This document shows, in pieces, positions 26,316 through 38,978 of a stretch of DNA of 64,000 bases. Where the stretch lies: NCBI RefSeq assembly GCF_001194135.2, contig NC_068983.1:79904578-79968577 (forward strand). Reading direction: 5' to 3'. Both the position numbers and the translations under genes were made by a program. The notes under the pieces are model-generated. The model was not told where the DNA came from. It searched no databases and worked only from the letters and a program-made list of their open reading frames with translations. Each line of letters begins with the position of its first letter. Position 1 is the first letter of the stretch. The stretch is from Octopus bimaculoides. Lineage: Eukaryota.

Positions 26316-27509
26316 CAGGGGTTGGACAAAATAATGGAAACACCTAGCATCATAGCATCATAATTTTGAAATATCTACAAAACTGTCAAAAGCTTGATTA
26401 TTTCTATATTTTTGATTTATTATTAGTGTTGCCTAATATGTTTTGCTAAAATTCCTGTTTCTTTTCAAATATCATAAAAAAAAGGTAATTATAATTCATT
26501 AAAATGACAGATCTATCAGACTTTCAAAGAGGTCAAATCGTTGGTGCTTGCATGGAAGGCACTAGCATAACAAAAACAGCCGGAATGTTTGATGTATCAG
26601 GAAGTACTATACTGAAAGTAATAACAGCCTTTGTGAAAGAGGGAAAAACCTCCTCGTTGAAACAAACCTCCAGAAGAAAACCAAAACTTTCAGATAAGGA
26701 CTGTCGGACTCTTATGCGAATTGTTAGAAAGGATCACAAAAGTACAGCTCCCAAAATTACTGCAGAACCCAGTTTCCACAAAAACTGTTCACTGGGAACT
26801 GCACAAAGCTGGATTTCACAAACTTTGTAAAGTGTTTAGAGTGGAGTAAAAACCTACAGAATTGGTCCCTAGAGCAGTGAAAGAATGTTATTTTCTCGGA
26901 CAAGTCATCCTTTGCCTTATTTCTGACCACTGGCTGAGTATACATGTGGAGACAGCCAAAAGAAGCATTTGACCCAAACTGCCTTCTTCCAACTGGTAAA
27001 CATCTGTGATGATCTGGTGAGGGGCTATATCTTGGAAATCCACCAAGCCCAATGGTTTCCCTTCATGGCAGAATTAATAGTCAAGACTGTTTAAGCATTT
27101 TATCTGATCAAATTCATCCTATGGTTGCAGAACTGTTTCCAGAGGGAAACACAATCTTTCAGAATGATAATGCACCAATTCACACAGCTAAAGTTGTTAT
27201 TGAATGGCATAAGGAACCTTCTAGTGAAGTTGAACATCTTATCTGGCCACCACAGTCCCCAGATCTCAATATTGATGAACATTTATGGTGCATTTTAGAA
27301 AAACAAGTAAGGAGTCAATATCCTCCACCATCATCACTACAAGAACTGGAGATTGTTTTAGCTGAGGAATGGGCAAAACTTCCTTTGGAAACAATTCAAA
27401 CTTTGTATGAGAATTCAAGCTGTAATTACTGCTAAGGGTGGTCCTACCCCATATTAAAATTAATTTGTTTGAAATTTTAAGGTGTTTCCATTATTTTGTC
27501 CAACCCCTG
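26316..27509 (+). mobile_element. Tc1/mariner DNA transposon with both ends intact, DD36E-type, defective
   Basis: Perfect 30-bp TIRs CAGGGGTTGGACAAAATAATGGAAACACCT (26316-26345 and 27480-27509); TA duplication at 26314-26315 and 27510-27511; 1194 bp. Confidence 0.97.
26504..27435 (+). pseudogene. Frameshifted Tc1-like transposase
   Basis: N-terminal HTH (MTDLSDFQRGQIVG), VIFSDKSSF (D at 26899), FQNDNAPIH (D at 27166), WPPQSPDLNIDEHLW (E at 27277). Interrupted by stops, frameshifts and apparent small deletions. Confidence 0.93.
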
Positions 27510-27984
27510 TATTCATTAATTCTTTGCTAGGTTTAAAAAGCTCAAAGACATAAGTTTTAAACTTTTATTCCAACATATCTATTCAGAGACAAAGACAGTT
27601 ATACACATTGAAACTTTTAAGAAATGTTCAAACTTGGAATCCCATCTTTAGTGAAGTTGTAGTTGCCAAAAAAAAAAAAAAAAGGGGAGGAAGAGCAAAA
27701 TGAAATGGTGTCTGAAAAGAAAATGCTATCTGAATGTCATTATTACTCAAATTCATTTATTTTTAACATGAATAAGAAAGTGGACTTCATCTTGATAATT
27801 TTGATAATTTCTTGCTTTGAGTTTCTCATCAATCTTGTCTCATCATGATACCTTATATTATTTGAACTGGATGTTACTTTCATCTGTGTGAGTGATGCTT
27901 TATCCCATTTTTTTTTTTAATATTATTATTGTTGTTATTGTTATCAAAGTGATGGATTAGTAGAATATTTAGAGCTTGGGTCAA

Positions 27985-28345
27985 ACTTTTTTGCAGTATT
28001 TTCTCTGGTTCATTACATTCTGAATTCAAATGCTGTTGAGAACAACCTTGTCTTTCATCTCCCCAGGCTTGGTAGAATAAAGTACCAGTCAAGTACTGAG
28101 GTTGATTTAATCAAGTAATTCTATTCCACAAATTTCTGGCCTTGTGCCTACATTACAAACAATTAAGGACAGTGGAGTGACTGAATTGTTAGCACATCAG
28201 ATAAGATACCTTGCAGTATTTTTCTCTTGTCTTTACATTCCGGGTTTTGTTAAAATAAAATACTACTCTAATACTGGGTTCAGTTTGATTGATTGACTTC
28301 TTCCCTCAAAATTGCTGGCCTTGTGCCTAAATTAGCAACAATTAC
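27985..28345 (+). mobile_element. Two tandem degenerate SINE family B copies
   Basis: Two successive units (about 27985-28165 and 28168-28345), each ending 'ggccttgtgccta..atta..aacaatta'. Confidence 0.75.
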
Positions 28346-28455
28346 TACTATCAGTCTTATTTCACAAAAAATATTTATTTTATTTAAACATTTTTTGAGG
28401 TCTTGAATTTGCAAAAATTGTTTTTATCTAAATAGAAATAAAAAAAATATAATTT

Positions 28456-28514
28456 GAAATATAAATATGAACATGCATTGGAAATATAAATATGAACATG
28501 CATTGGAAATATAA
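28456..28514. repeat. 25-bp tandem duplication (2.4 copies)
   Basis: GAAATATAAATATGAACATGCATTG at 28456 and 28481, partial copy at 28506. Confidence 0.95.
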
Positions 28515-29314
28515 GGCATCTTCTTGTCTTATCCACCTAATCTCATCTACTGTTAGGGAGGTGCATATATATATATAAATATATTGGTGAGAATTGGTGT
28601 TATCTTCTGCATAAAAGAAAACAAAGACAAAGCCAAAATCCTGCTAAGACCATATCGTCAACTGTTCTGGTGATAATCTATGTACGCCTTCTTTATGGCA
28701 GAATTGGTCTTTAGTGATAGTGCTGTATGTACAAGTTCTTTTCTCTGTACATAAGGTAAAGAAACAAACATGTTACCTACTTAGGACATTTATAACCAGG
28801 GACTTAGCTATCTTGAGGAGAAATTTAACACCATACATGATGTCAGCTGCTATCTTATAGATTTTGTAAAGTGTTCCCTCATTTTATTTTGTTTTCTGTA
28901 TCTTGCTTCTCTTTTTATCCTCTGCTTTTTTTTTCTTCGTTTTTCTTTGTCTTCTTCATCAACAAGAATTGTAAGATATAATACAAGCTCAGAACCCAGA
29001 ACTTCACACCTATGATGAAAATTTCAAAGTTCTTATCAGCAAACCTATAAAACAAGAATTCAAGTTTATTTCCATCTGTCATAAAATCAATAGCAGAAAC
29101 AAGAGAATGGGTGAACATGTTTACCTTGGTTTAAATGCCTACTGTTTTTACAATCGATAAACAAATGTAAAAAGTTGTGTCATTTTATGGAGAATTCTCG
29201 AGAAAGAAGCTCCTGCTACTCTGGTGTTTAGCGAGCACAAAACAAAACATTCTCAACATAACATCATGAAATATATAAACTATGCACAAAGTTAAGCCAG
29301 TGAGAAAATTTATA

Positions 29315-29515
29315 AGTGGTCACTCGATCTACTAAAAATAGCAACCAAATTTCCTTTAAATCACATCCTACTATCTTCAAAAAGGAAAGCATAGAGTAGA
29401 TAATGTAGATCTAAATACCTTGGAAAATACAGAATGTTTATGGTTGAAATGTCTTTGATCACAGGTTTGACTGATCACGGGTCACCTGTGGCTAAACACC
29501 TTCAACTGTACACAA
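29315..29515 (-). mobile_element. Interspersed SINE-like repeat (family C)
   Basis: 'aaatagcaaccaaat..aaatcacatcctact..tcttaaaaa' through 'gaatgtctttgatca..gctaaac' recurs at 34935, 35140 and 43815, and inverted at 30405. Confidence 0.7.
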
Positions 29516-29679
29516 AACTATTACATATTGGCATTAACTGAAGCTATCACATAGCATTAATTGAAAGTTCAATGTATAAAAAGGCAGTACCTCAGCATGG
29601 CCACAGCTCAATGACTGAAATAATTTAAACGGAATATTGTAACTTCTGTGGTCAATCAAAGACAGTTTTTTTTTCTTTC

Positions 29680-29885
29680 TTTTTATCATAGGCACAAGGA
29701 CTGACAAATGTGAGCAGGCAGATATTGTAAATTAAATCAGCTCAGTACTTAATTTGTATTTATTTCATCAACCTCTGGAATGACAAAGAGTAAGGCTGAC
29801 CCCAGTCAGATTTGAACTCAGAATCTAAAAGGACGTAACTAAATATCACAAAGCATTTTGTCAGATGTTACTCTACTGATTTTTG
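29680..29885 (-). mobile_element. SINE family B
   Basis: 'ataggcacaagg', 'cagtacttaa', 'atttgaactcagaa', 'gcattttgtc'. Confidence 0.75.
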
Positions 29886-30404
29886 CCAATTTAAAGCAAA
29901 ATTACAACCCTCACATCAGTGTTAATAAACAACAATGTAGATACTGCTTTCATCTTAAAAATTTGACTGACTTTAAAGAAAAAATGGTTCTACTGCATCT
30001 CTCAGTAACTTTCAGATCACATCAATCATTTCTTTCAGAAGATCACTCAAGGGAATGGTGCTGCAATAATTCTAAGAAGTAACTTTCTAACAAGACTGAT
30101 ACCCCTAAAATGTTCATATCTCTTTGAATGTGTTAACTGCACTATCAAATTTTCTACTGAAAAATTCTGTGTAACATTTTGTATACACAGAACTTTCATA
30201 ATTTCCATGAGGAATTTCAGCAAGTGTTTTAACTTTGGTCTTTAATATTGTTATCTGAAGTAACATCAGCATTTACTTGAAGAGCAACTATAATGTTCTC
30301 AAAATTTTTAGCAACTTGAAACAACTGTCCATGTTCCAAGCCAATGACAAAGCCATCCACAAGGCTGGCAACATTGTATATTTATCATCATTGTTGTTAA
30401 TTAG

Positions 30405-30570
30405 ACCAATGTCATTTCTGATTGAGCAGACATGTTATTCAAAGGCATTCAAACTCTGACCATCCCCTTTTTTTAAATTTTTATTTTTGCTTTTTATTTT
30501 CTGGTATTATGTACCCATGACTATTTTATCTAATGTGTTCTTTCTTAAGATAGTAGAAATATGGCTGCTA
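30405..30570 (+). mobile_element. Family C repeat, opposite orientation to 29315
   Basis: 'gagcagacatgttattcaaaggcattc..gaccatccc' and 'tggctgctatttct'. Confidence 0.6.
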
Positions 30571-31469
30571 TTTCTTGCATATTTCTGGACTTCAACAAAG
30601 AAAATTTCAATTTCTGTTATAAAGATGCAAGCAAGCAAAATACTCTTCCATCTTTCATGAATATATCCACACACATACACACCAACAGTTTTAATTCTTT
30701 CTTCAACAAAATACATTTTAAACATTTCTATTCTTTAATTTCTCTTCTCCTAATTACCTACCTGAAGAAATCATTTTGATCTCCTTAGTACTTTGATATT
30801 TTTCTCAGTACCCCAAATTCACAAGAGTCTAGGATTATATCTCCATAGCTAATATATAATCAGCTGCTTAGAATTTATTTTTAATCTTTTTTAAAATATT
30901 CTCATCCTTGTAAGAATTTTCAACTCATTTTTAAAAACTGGCTTGATGGAGGGTCTGAAACTGTCTCTACTATCCTAAAATGCCCAAGAGCCAGATTCTA
31001 GTTTTTTGTTGTTGTTTTTTTCATTATCCAGTAACAGTGCCTTTCATTAAGAAGCTCATTGGAAAGTCTGTATGTTGTTGCTTTGATCATCTCACACACA
31101 ATAGCCCATATCCTCTAGCATAATTTGCATACAAGATTTTTTTGTACAAACAATAATTATGTTATAAGCTTACCTTGAACTTAGTAGTCTTTTCTGTTCA
31201 GGTTTGATCACAATAATATCTAAAGATATGTTTTTTCATCTGTATTTTATCTACAATATTTGATAGAACAGGTTATAGCATTCATTTGGATATCTGAAAT
31301 GTGTTTATAGTGATTTGCATCTTCTTATATAACAAGACATACACAAAGAATAGTAATTAGTCAAATAAAACCAGAAACTTTATATGTAATACAAGGTGTA
31401 GCTTAGGGCTGAAGCATTGATTCTATTCTATTTAAAATGAACATTTATCTCATAACCTTTTTGCTGAAA

Positions 31470-31952
31470 CCATTGGCAATATGCTGTGCTTGAGAAGACC
31501 TGTCAAGCCAAGTGAAATCATAGGTGCGGCTGATGCTGGTATCACATAACTGACACCCATGTTGGTGGCACATAAAAAGTACCTTTCAAGCATTGGGCCT
31601 TACTGAGGTAAAGTGGCCAATGCCAGTGGCACATGAAAAGCTCCTTTAGAGTGTTGGGTCTCATGGAGGCTATGATGAATGGCCAAGACCTTTGACATTA
31701 TGTCATGCTTGAGAAGAAGACCCATCAAGCCAAGTAAAGTTGCAGTCATGACAGATACTGGTGTCACACAAACTGCACTCATGCCTGTGTCATGTAAAAA
31801 CATCCATTACACTCTCAGAGTCATTGGCATTAGGAAGAGCATCCAGCCAAATCAGACTGGAGTTTGGTGCAGCCTTCCAGCTTGTCAGCCTTAGTCAAAC
31901 TGTCCAACTCATGCCAGCATGGACAATGAACGTTAAATGTTGATGATGATGA
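31470..31952 (+). mobile_element. RTE LINE 3' end/3' UTR with (GAT)n tail
   Basis: The block 'atgctgtgcttgagaagacc..caagccaagt' occurs twice, with GGTGGCACATAAAAAG modules and the shared tail ending 'gaacgttaaatgttgatgatgat'. Confidence 0.88.
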
Positions 31953-32016
31953 ATTATACTACACAGTTTTATACAGATAGATGACCATTGAGCTATCAAT
32001 ATTTTTTACAACCCTA

Positions 32017-32230
32017 AGGCAGCGAGCTGGCAGAAACGTTAGCATGCCGGACGAGATACTTAGTGGTATTTCATCTGTCTTTACATTCTGAGTTCAAATT
32101 CCACCACGGTTTTGCCTTTCATCCTTTTGGGATCAATAAATTAAGTACCAGCAACATACTGGGTCGATCTAATCGCCTGGCACTCTCCCCAAAAATTTCG
32201 GGCCTTGTGCTTAGAGTAAAAAAGAATATT
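32017..32230 (+). mobile_element. SINE family B (best-preserved copy)
   Basis: GGCAGCGAGCTGGCAGAAACGTTAG (A-box-like), GAGTTCAAATTCC (B-box-like), 3' end 'tttcgggccttgtgcttagagtaaaaaagaatatt'. Confidence 0.9.
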
Positions 32231-32884
32231 TTTTACAACTCTCTCAGAATAGATCCACCAGACATTATTAACAATATTAACAAAGGGTTGAATAATTTCT
32301 ATGACACACTAAATACCACAATGTCAGAAATCATAGTCTTTCCTTTCTAACAATTATAGCAAATTCCTTTTTGAAACCATCCATCATAATGTCACAAATA
32401 TATCTATTTCTCAAGAGACAAAATAACTTTTGTTGTTATATTAGACTAATGCATGACTGTGTACTGAGTTATTGTTATTACTTTATGTAACTTAAAAGAC
32501 AAAATCAGTGAATTCCAGGCTAAAGTTTTCATTAACGTCACAAAGAGAAACATTGCCCTCAAAGCAGTTTTCTCTTAGTTTATGTAATATACATACATAT
32601 ATTATCTTTTTTTTCTTTTCTTTTTTTTTTCTTTATACATATAGAGAGCTACATTGTCCAGTGTAACCATCCCTAATTCTCAAAGAAAATATTTTTTAAT
32701 TAATAAAATATGGAAAGGAAAAAAAATAAAGTGAAATAACATAGCAAAATAGTGCATACCTGAAACTACTTTGATGTTTTCTCCTGGTAGTATGTAAATA
32801 ATATTTTCTTTATTTCTTTAAAATTATAATTGCTAAAACAACAACAAAAAAAAAGAGTAAGTTATTCTGGTGGCTGTAAAAAGG

Positions 32885-33223
32885 GTAAATACCTCCTTTG
32901 TTCATGAATGACCATGGCATTGCACCTGGAAAGTTACCCTCTGAGGCACAAGTCCAGGCAAGGTTGTTTGTGGAAGACCAGCAGTTGCCCATGCATACCA
33001 GCCTCCCTTCTCCATGCCACTGATGTTATCCAAGGGAAAGGCAAAGGCCGACACAGTTTGGCACCAATCACATCGCAACCCATTTCTACAGCTGAGTGTA
33101 GTGGTGCAATGTGAAATAAATTGTCTTGCTCAAAAACACAACACACAGCCCAGTTCAAGAATCGAACTCATTATCTCATGATTGTGAGCCCAAAACTCTA
33201 ACCAGTGAGCCATGTGTCTTCAC
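32885..33223 (-). mobile_element. tRNA-headed SINE with CORE/V-like block (family D, long tail)
   Basis: Minus strand head 'atggctcactggttagag..gagttcgattc', central block 'tttgagcaagacaatttatttcacattgcaccactacactcagctg'. Confidence 0.8.
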
Positions 33224-33262
33224 CTTCTGATGACTGTATGTGATAAGTAAATGTTAGTTTAA

Positions 33263-33459
33263 CCCTTTAGCATTTAAACCGGCCATAACCTGCCAAAATA
33301 TTCTACCCATTTTAAGTTCAGACCTACTCTACAATATCATTCTAAAATAAACAATCACATCATTTGAAATATTGAAGCTACAAGATAATGTATGATAAAT
33401 TCAAAACAATCTAAGTAAATAAGCATAACATTTGATAGAGTAATCTGAATACTAAAGGG
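33263..33459. mobile_element. piggyBac-type MITE
   Basis: TTAA|CCCTTTAGCATT ... AATACTAAAGGG|TTAA; TTAA at 33259-33262 and 33460-33463; 197 bp, no ORF. Confidence 0.9.
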
Positions 33460-33751
33460 TTAAAGTTGGGAACAGGCTGGAAAAGAGGAGGTAATTGCGG
33501 TGAATGGAAGCTGTAGAGAATGAGCAAAGATGGTATTCAAGATAGATAATGAAAGCAACAGTTTAATTAAATGTACTATAAATGAACTTTGAAGATTTAA
33601 CTATAATTTTAGACCAAGCCTAGATGTTGTTTAGAAACATATATAGATATACTTACATTATAATCATTATAATATTGATTGTGGTCTCAAAAGTTGTCTA
33701 TTTTAATATGCAACTATAAAGCATCTACTATATGTTTCAAAGAACATCTAG

Positions 33752-34028
33752 ATCATTATCATTATCATTTTGCATCTGCTTTCCATGACGGTAACTGGTA
33801 AGCCAGAGAGCTGTACTAAGTTCCAGTCTGATCTAACATGGTTTCTACAGCTGGATGCCCTTCCTAATGTCAACCACTCCAAGAGTGTAATAAGTGCTTT
33901 TTATGTACCACCAGCATGGGTGTTTTTGTGTGTCTCTGGCATGGGTGCTTTTACATGCCACCAGCATTGGCCATGACTAAAATTTCACTCAGTTTGATGA
34001 ATCTTCTCAAGCACAGCATACTGCCAAT
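33752..34028 (-). mobile_element. RTE-type 3' end with (GAT)n-like tail
   Basis: 'tttctacagctggatgcccttcctaatgtcaaccactc', two 'gtgctttt..ccaccagca' modules, and 'tcttctcaagcacagcata'. Confidence 0.85.
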
Positions 34029-34499
34029 ATATATATGTGTGTATATGTGTATATAGATGTGTATATTCATGAACAAATCACAATTATAATGGAGAGGGTT
34101 TCAGAAACCCTTTCATGTCTAGAAATAACAGTCAAAACTGCTATAAAGCCACTATAACCACTCATATTTTATTTCTTCACAATAAAGCTGTTAGCAGGTG
34201 ACATGACATAAAATTCAAACTTAAATAAAAGGTTAACTTTCTATTGCAATTTCGAAGTTAGGAACCAAAAACGGTTCCACTCTTCTCTTCAGGAGAATAT
34301 TCCTGTAGATAGAAATTAACACAAAAAACATACCTTGGGGCTTACATGTTTCCTGACCAGAAAGAATAATGTGTCAGCCTCTATCTTTATGAAAGCTTTT
34401 GATTGCATGTTTGCCCATTGATATATTCGTAAATAATGTAAATAATTATGAATTGTTTATGATATATCCTTCATAATGTATTTTTACATTCCTCTTTAA

Positions 34500-34500
34500 T

Positions 34501-34560
<60 letters not shown>

Positions 34561-34646
34561 TGTGTGTGTGTATGTGTGTATATATATTTATATATATGTG
34601 TGTGTGTATATATATGTATATATATATGTGTGTGTACACACACACA
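34500..34646. repeat. (TA)n/(TG)n compound microsatellite
   Basis: Directly visible. Confidence 0.97.
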
Positions 34647-34934
34647 CTGGGATATTCTTATATCCTTTCTGATGTCTCTTATGCTTAGTTTATTTCTCAA
34701 CACATTTGCACTTTGTTCTACATGCATACTGATGTTGCTAAAGTATTCAAAAACTGTTGAGATTTTCTTTTATGGTTTGCTTTGACTGATGTACACTCTC
34801 CACATGGATGATGAAGTATTGTTTGTTAATAAAAATGTGTGTATTCTTACAAAAGTGTTAACTTATTAACCTCTCATATCCTCCTCTCTACTTCTACTAG
34901 CTTCTAGCTTTATGAACCAAGAAGTGCTATGTGG

Positions 34935-35205
34935 TGTCTTGAATTGCTAGAAATAACAGCCAAACCTCCTACAAATCACATCCTACTGTCTTATTATAAT
35001 ATGGTATTTGATAATATAACCCTAGCTTGATATGTATCTGAAAAGAAATGAAATAGTCATGACTAGAATGTCTTTGATCAGAAGTATTCTTGATCAGGGA
35101 TGACTTCAACTAAAGAACAACAAAAACAACAGCAAGGGAGCCTGTATATGATCATTTAGTTTGCTGAAAATAACTGCTAAATCCCTCAAATCAAATCCTA
35201 CTCTC
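34935..35205 (-). mobile_element. Family C repeat plus partial second copy
   Basis: 'gctagaaataacagccaaa..aaatcacatcctactgtctt...gaatgtctttgatcag'; the partial block is repeated at 35140-35205. Confidence 0.65.
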
Positions 35206-35599
35206 TTAAAAAAGAGGCTTCATTATATAATGGTGACAAATAATCTGAAATCCTAAGATTCCTTAGAATTTTTGCAGAACAAGGGATAGCAATTATTTTG
35301 CAAGCTCCCAATACAAATCTCCATTCCAATATTCTTCAGACTCTAGGTGTTTAGATTTTGTGAAGAATGCACTGATTATTACAGGAACAATTTTCACTTT
35401 TTGTGTTTCATAAGCTCTTATCTCTCTGGCTTTGTCCTGATATTTTTCAATATTTTAAGTTTCCTCAATATCCCACTTTTCTATCATAGAGAACTGCAAA
35501 ATCTGTATTCTTACAATGTTTGTTCTTTCTGTCATCCAGGATTATATCTGATATCTTTGCCTTATTATTATTATTATTATTAATAATATTATATCTCTC

Positions 35600-36010
35600 G
35601 GCAGCGAGCTGGAAGAATCCTTAACATGCCAGGCAAAATGCTTAGTGGCATTTCATCCATCTTTACGTTCTGAGTTAAAATTCTGCTGAGGTCAACTTTG
35701 CCTTTCATCCTTTCAGGATTGGTGAAATAAGCACCAGATATACACTGAGGTCGATGTAATTGACTAACCCCCCCCTCCCCCAAAATTTCAGGCCTTGTGC
35801 CTATAGTAGAAAGGATTATTATTATTATTATTATTATTATTAATAATAATAATAATATCACGGTCAGCTTTGCCTTTCACCCTTTTGGGGCTAATAAAAT
35901 AAAGTATGGGCCAAGTAATGGAGTTGATGTAATCGACTTGCACCCTCCCATCAAAATTGCTGGCCTTGTGCTAAAATTAAAAAGAATTTTTATCATTATC
36001 ATCATAATTA
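35600..36010 (+). mobile_element. SINE family B with (ATT)n tail followed by a 5'-truncated second copy
   Basis: Full copy at 35600-35855 ending 'gtagaaagg(att)n'; second copy at 35858-36010. Confidence 0.9.
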
Positions 36011-36789
36011 TCATCTTCAGCAGATGCAGATTTTGTTGTTATTGATTTCTGTGTGGTATACATGCTTAGTTGCAAAAAAGATTGCACTTACACTACACTA
36101 TTAGATTGTATCACCATCACCAATTTGCACATTGTGTTTCTAAGAAAGACCCTTAAAGCCTCATATCTAACAAAGAAATTATTAGCTTAATCCTAGTGAC
36201 ATGAATGTGATAGCTCAAATAATAGACTGCTTCTCACAGATTGTAAATCCTGATAACTTTACAATGCATACAGCCTTTGAGCTGCTAGCTGAGGAAATAT
36301 GACTAGGCAGTAACAGTACCATTGTTGTGAAAATAATTTATCTAAACCTCAAAATAGCAAAATGTTGGCTTTCCATGTGTGACTGACTGTATGACACTCT
36401 CTGCCTTCTTTGCTTTTGGCATGTTAATGTGGATTAAATGAAACTGCAAATTTGCAAGTGTTCAAACGGTTTTATGGTTGCTTGCCATTTCCAGCAGAAA
36501 CTATTCAATTTATAAAGTAGGCTAATTTCTTCATTTTCATTTTTTTTTTCTCTCTTCCCCAGCTTCATAAGCTGTGAGGCAAACACCTCAACCTTTAAGC
36601 AATGTTGCTTTTTTCAATCATTGCACATCACTAATGCTTCCTTCTCATCCCCAAAAGTTTTTGTTTCCAAAGATATAAATTAAATTAAGTCCTACTCTTT
36701 TGCACATCATATTTAAGTTTTCTTGCCAACTTTCTCCAAACATTCACTCATTGAAATCTCTCCTTCTTCTTTCCATATTTCTCTATATG

Positions 36790-36835
<46 letters not shown>

Positions 36836-37035
36836 TGTATGTATACATGTATGTACTTAGATCAGTCTATCTTTTCTCCTTATTTCTCTATCTTTCCATT
36901 CCTCTTTCTTACTTTTCTCCCTTCTCACTCCTCTTTCATCCCCTTTCTCTTTTATTTCCCCTTCACATTTCTTGTCTTTTTCCTTATCCCCACTCTCTTT
37001 CCTCCTTCCTCTCCATTCTCTCTCTCTCTCACTCT
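36790..37035. repeat. (TA)n microsatellite and CT-rich low-complexity tract
   Basis: Directly visible. Confidence 0.9.
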
Positions 37036-37324
37036 AGTTCTGTGCATATAACTATTACACAAGAATAAACTTGAATTAGTCCTTTGATGTGCTTTCAAGC
37101 AGTCACATTAAATTTTGTTTTTCATTATCATGATTGTTTCAAGCTTGTCTTTCATTTATTCTAAACAAAACTGAAAGCAGCCTGATGGAGCAAATAGATA
37201 TTGTTTATGCAAGCCTAAGTGGGCTGTATACTATACTATGAAGATATGTTTACTGACAAACTTTTCCTGATATAGAGAACATATTTATTATTATTAAAAG
37301 AAAACATCATCATCATCATTATTA

Positions 37325-37550
37325 TTTTTTAGAGTGGTGGATTTGCAGAATCATTAGAGCATTATAGCAGTGCAGTATTTCTTCTGACTCTTTATACATT
37401 CTGAGTTCAAAACCCACTGAGGTCACTTTGCCTTTCATCCTTCTGTGGTCGATAAAATAATATATCACTCAGTTACTGGGATCAATAGTATCAACTGGCT
37501 CTCTCTCCCCTCAAAGGTGCTTGTCTTGTACCTAAATTAGAAACAGTAGT
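37325..37550 (+). mobile_element. SINE family B
   Basis: 'gcagaatcattagagc', 'ttctgagttcaaa', 'ctttgcctttcatccttctgtggtcgataaaata'. Confidence 0.8.
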
Positions 37551-38814
37551 TATTTCTATTAGACAAGTACTTTATTGATTGTTATTTAGGTGAAAGAAAC
37601 ATAAATGTTATTAATCTTTCCCGGACAATGCACCCAAGGCCACATCATTTTGTTTTCATTTTTTAAATAGAAGAGCACAAGATAAGGGACATTTGGTTAC
37701 TGTCTCTAGCAGGCTGAATGACCACACAGAGGTGCCCATTGTGGCTAAATCACTAATTGTTTTCTTAATAAGGAGAAATTATTTATCTTGGCCAAATAAT
37801 CACAAGATAACCTGAAATTTTGCCAAACATTACTTCCTGCCACTATAACATTGCCAGATTTTACCTTTTTATAATAATATTCACAGATTGATGGGCTTAT
37901 TGTTTTGCATATTTGTTCATATTTACTGAGTAGAAAAATAAACATTTAGGTATGTTCTGTGTAAGTAATGTAAGTGATATATATCAAATTTGTGTGTGTG
38001 TGAGATGAAATTACCATTGTTATTTATATAAAATAATTTTGCTTCTTACTTTCAATTTTCAATCTTTACAGACAGTAGTTTATATAGTCAAGTTCAATTT
38101 GTGATTTGTTCCATTTGTTCTATTTATTTTTCTATTACAAAATGGTGTGATAATAGATGAAATAGCTTCTGGTTTTCAATAATTGAAAATTTGAACATTT
38201 GATAAATTTATTCTAAATAGTGCCTTCAATTGGTCGACTTTAATATACTTATGTGAACCAAACAAAACTTCTTATTCTTTGCAGAAATTGAGAGAGAGAG
38301 AGAGCAAAAGAGAGAGAAATGTTCAAATGATTTGAAATTAGATAGATTGTATTCACTGACAATTTATATTTTTGTTCTTATTTCTATTCAAGTAAACAGT
38401 AAATGTTTTGATTTTACTTATTTATTTTGATAACTTTTATAAAAGACTTCCATTTTCTTTCACAGTGATTGAACCAATATAGGAGACTCTATGTGGCCAT
38501 TCAACCTTTTACGAATGCTATTATTATTGTTTTACATCACTTATTTCTAATTTAGTTGTAATATCTGAACAGTGTCATCTTACATGAATTTTACTGATCT
38601 TCATATTTCTTTTAATGTATTAAAATGTTGAACAATTTGTTGCTTTTATCAGCTCTAGGGTGGGCACAGTGTGGCATTAGTTTGGTATCTTGTCTTGTTG
38701 TTACATATTTCATTTGATGATGAAATTTTGTATTGTTTCCTATATTATTGGATAGTTTGCAATATGTCTGCAGGTTACAAACCTATTCTACATTAGTAAC
38801 AACTTGTTAAGTTT

Positions 38815-38857
38815 TATATATATATATACATATGTACACACACACACACACACACAC

Positions 38858-38897
<40 letters not shown>

Positions 38898-38939
38898 CAC
38901 ACACATATATATATACATGCATGCACACACACACACACG

Positions 38940-38975
<36 letters not shown>
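38815..38975. repeat. (TA)n/(CA)n compound microsatellite
   Basis: Directly visible. Confidence 0.97.

Positions 38976-38978
<3 letters not shown>

Noticed and set aside
32017-32100. tRNA-like sequences in SINE heads (also 19330-19423, 21786-21860, 33150-33223)
   Set aside because: A/B-box-like motifs are present, but I found no complete cloverleaf, and each continues into a repeated SINE body. Not called as tRNA genes.
34095-34111. Perfect palindrome AGGGTTTC-A-GAAACCCT
   Set aside because: An 8-bp stem is expected by chance at this window size, and there is no supporting context.
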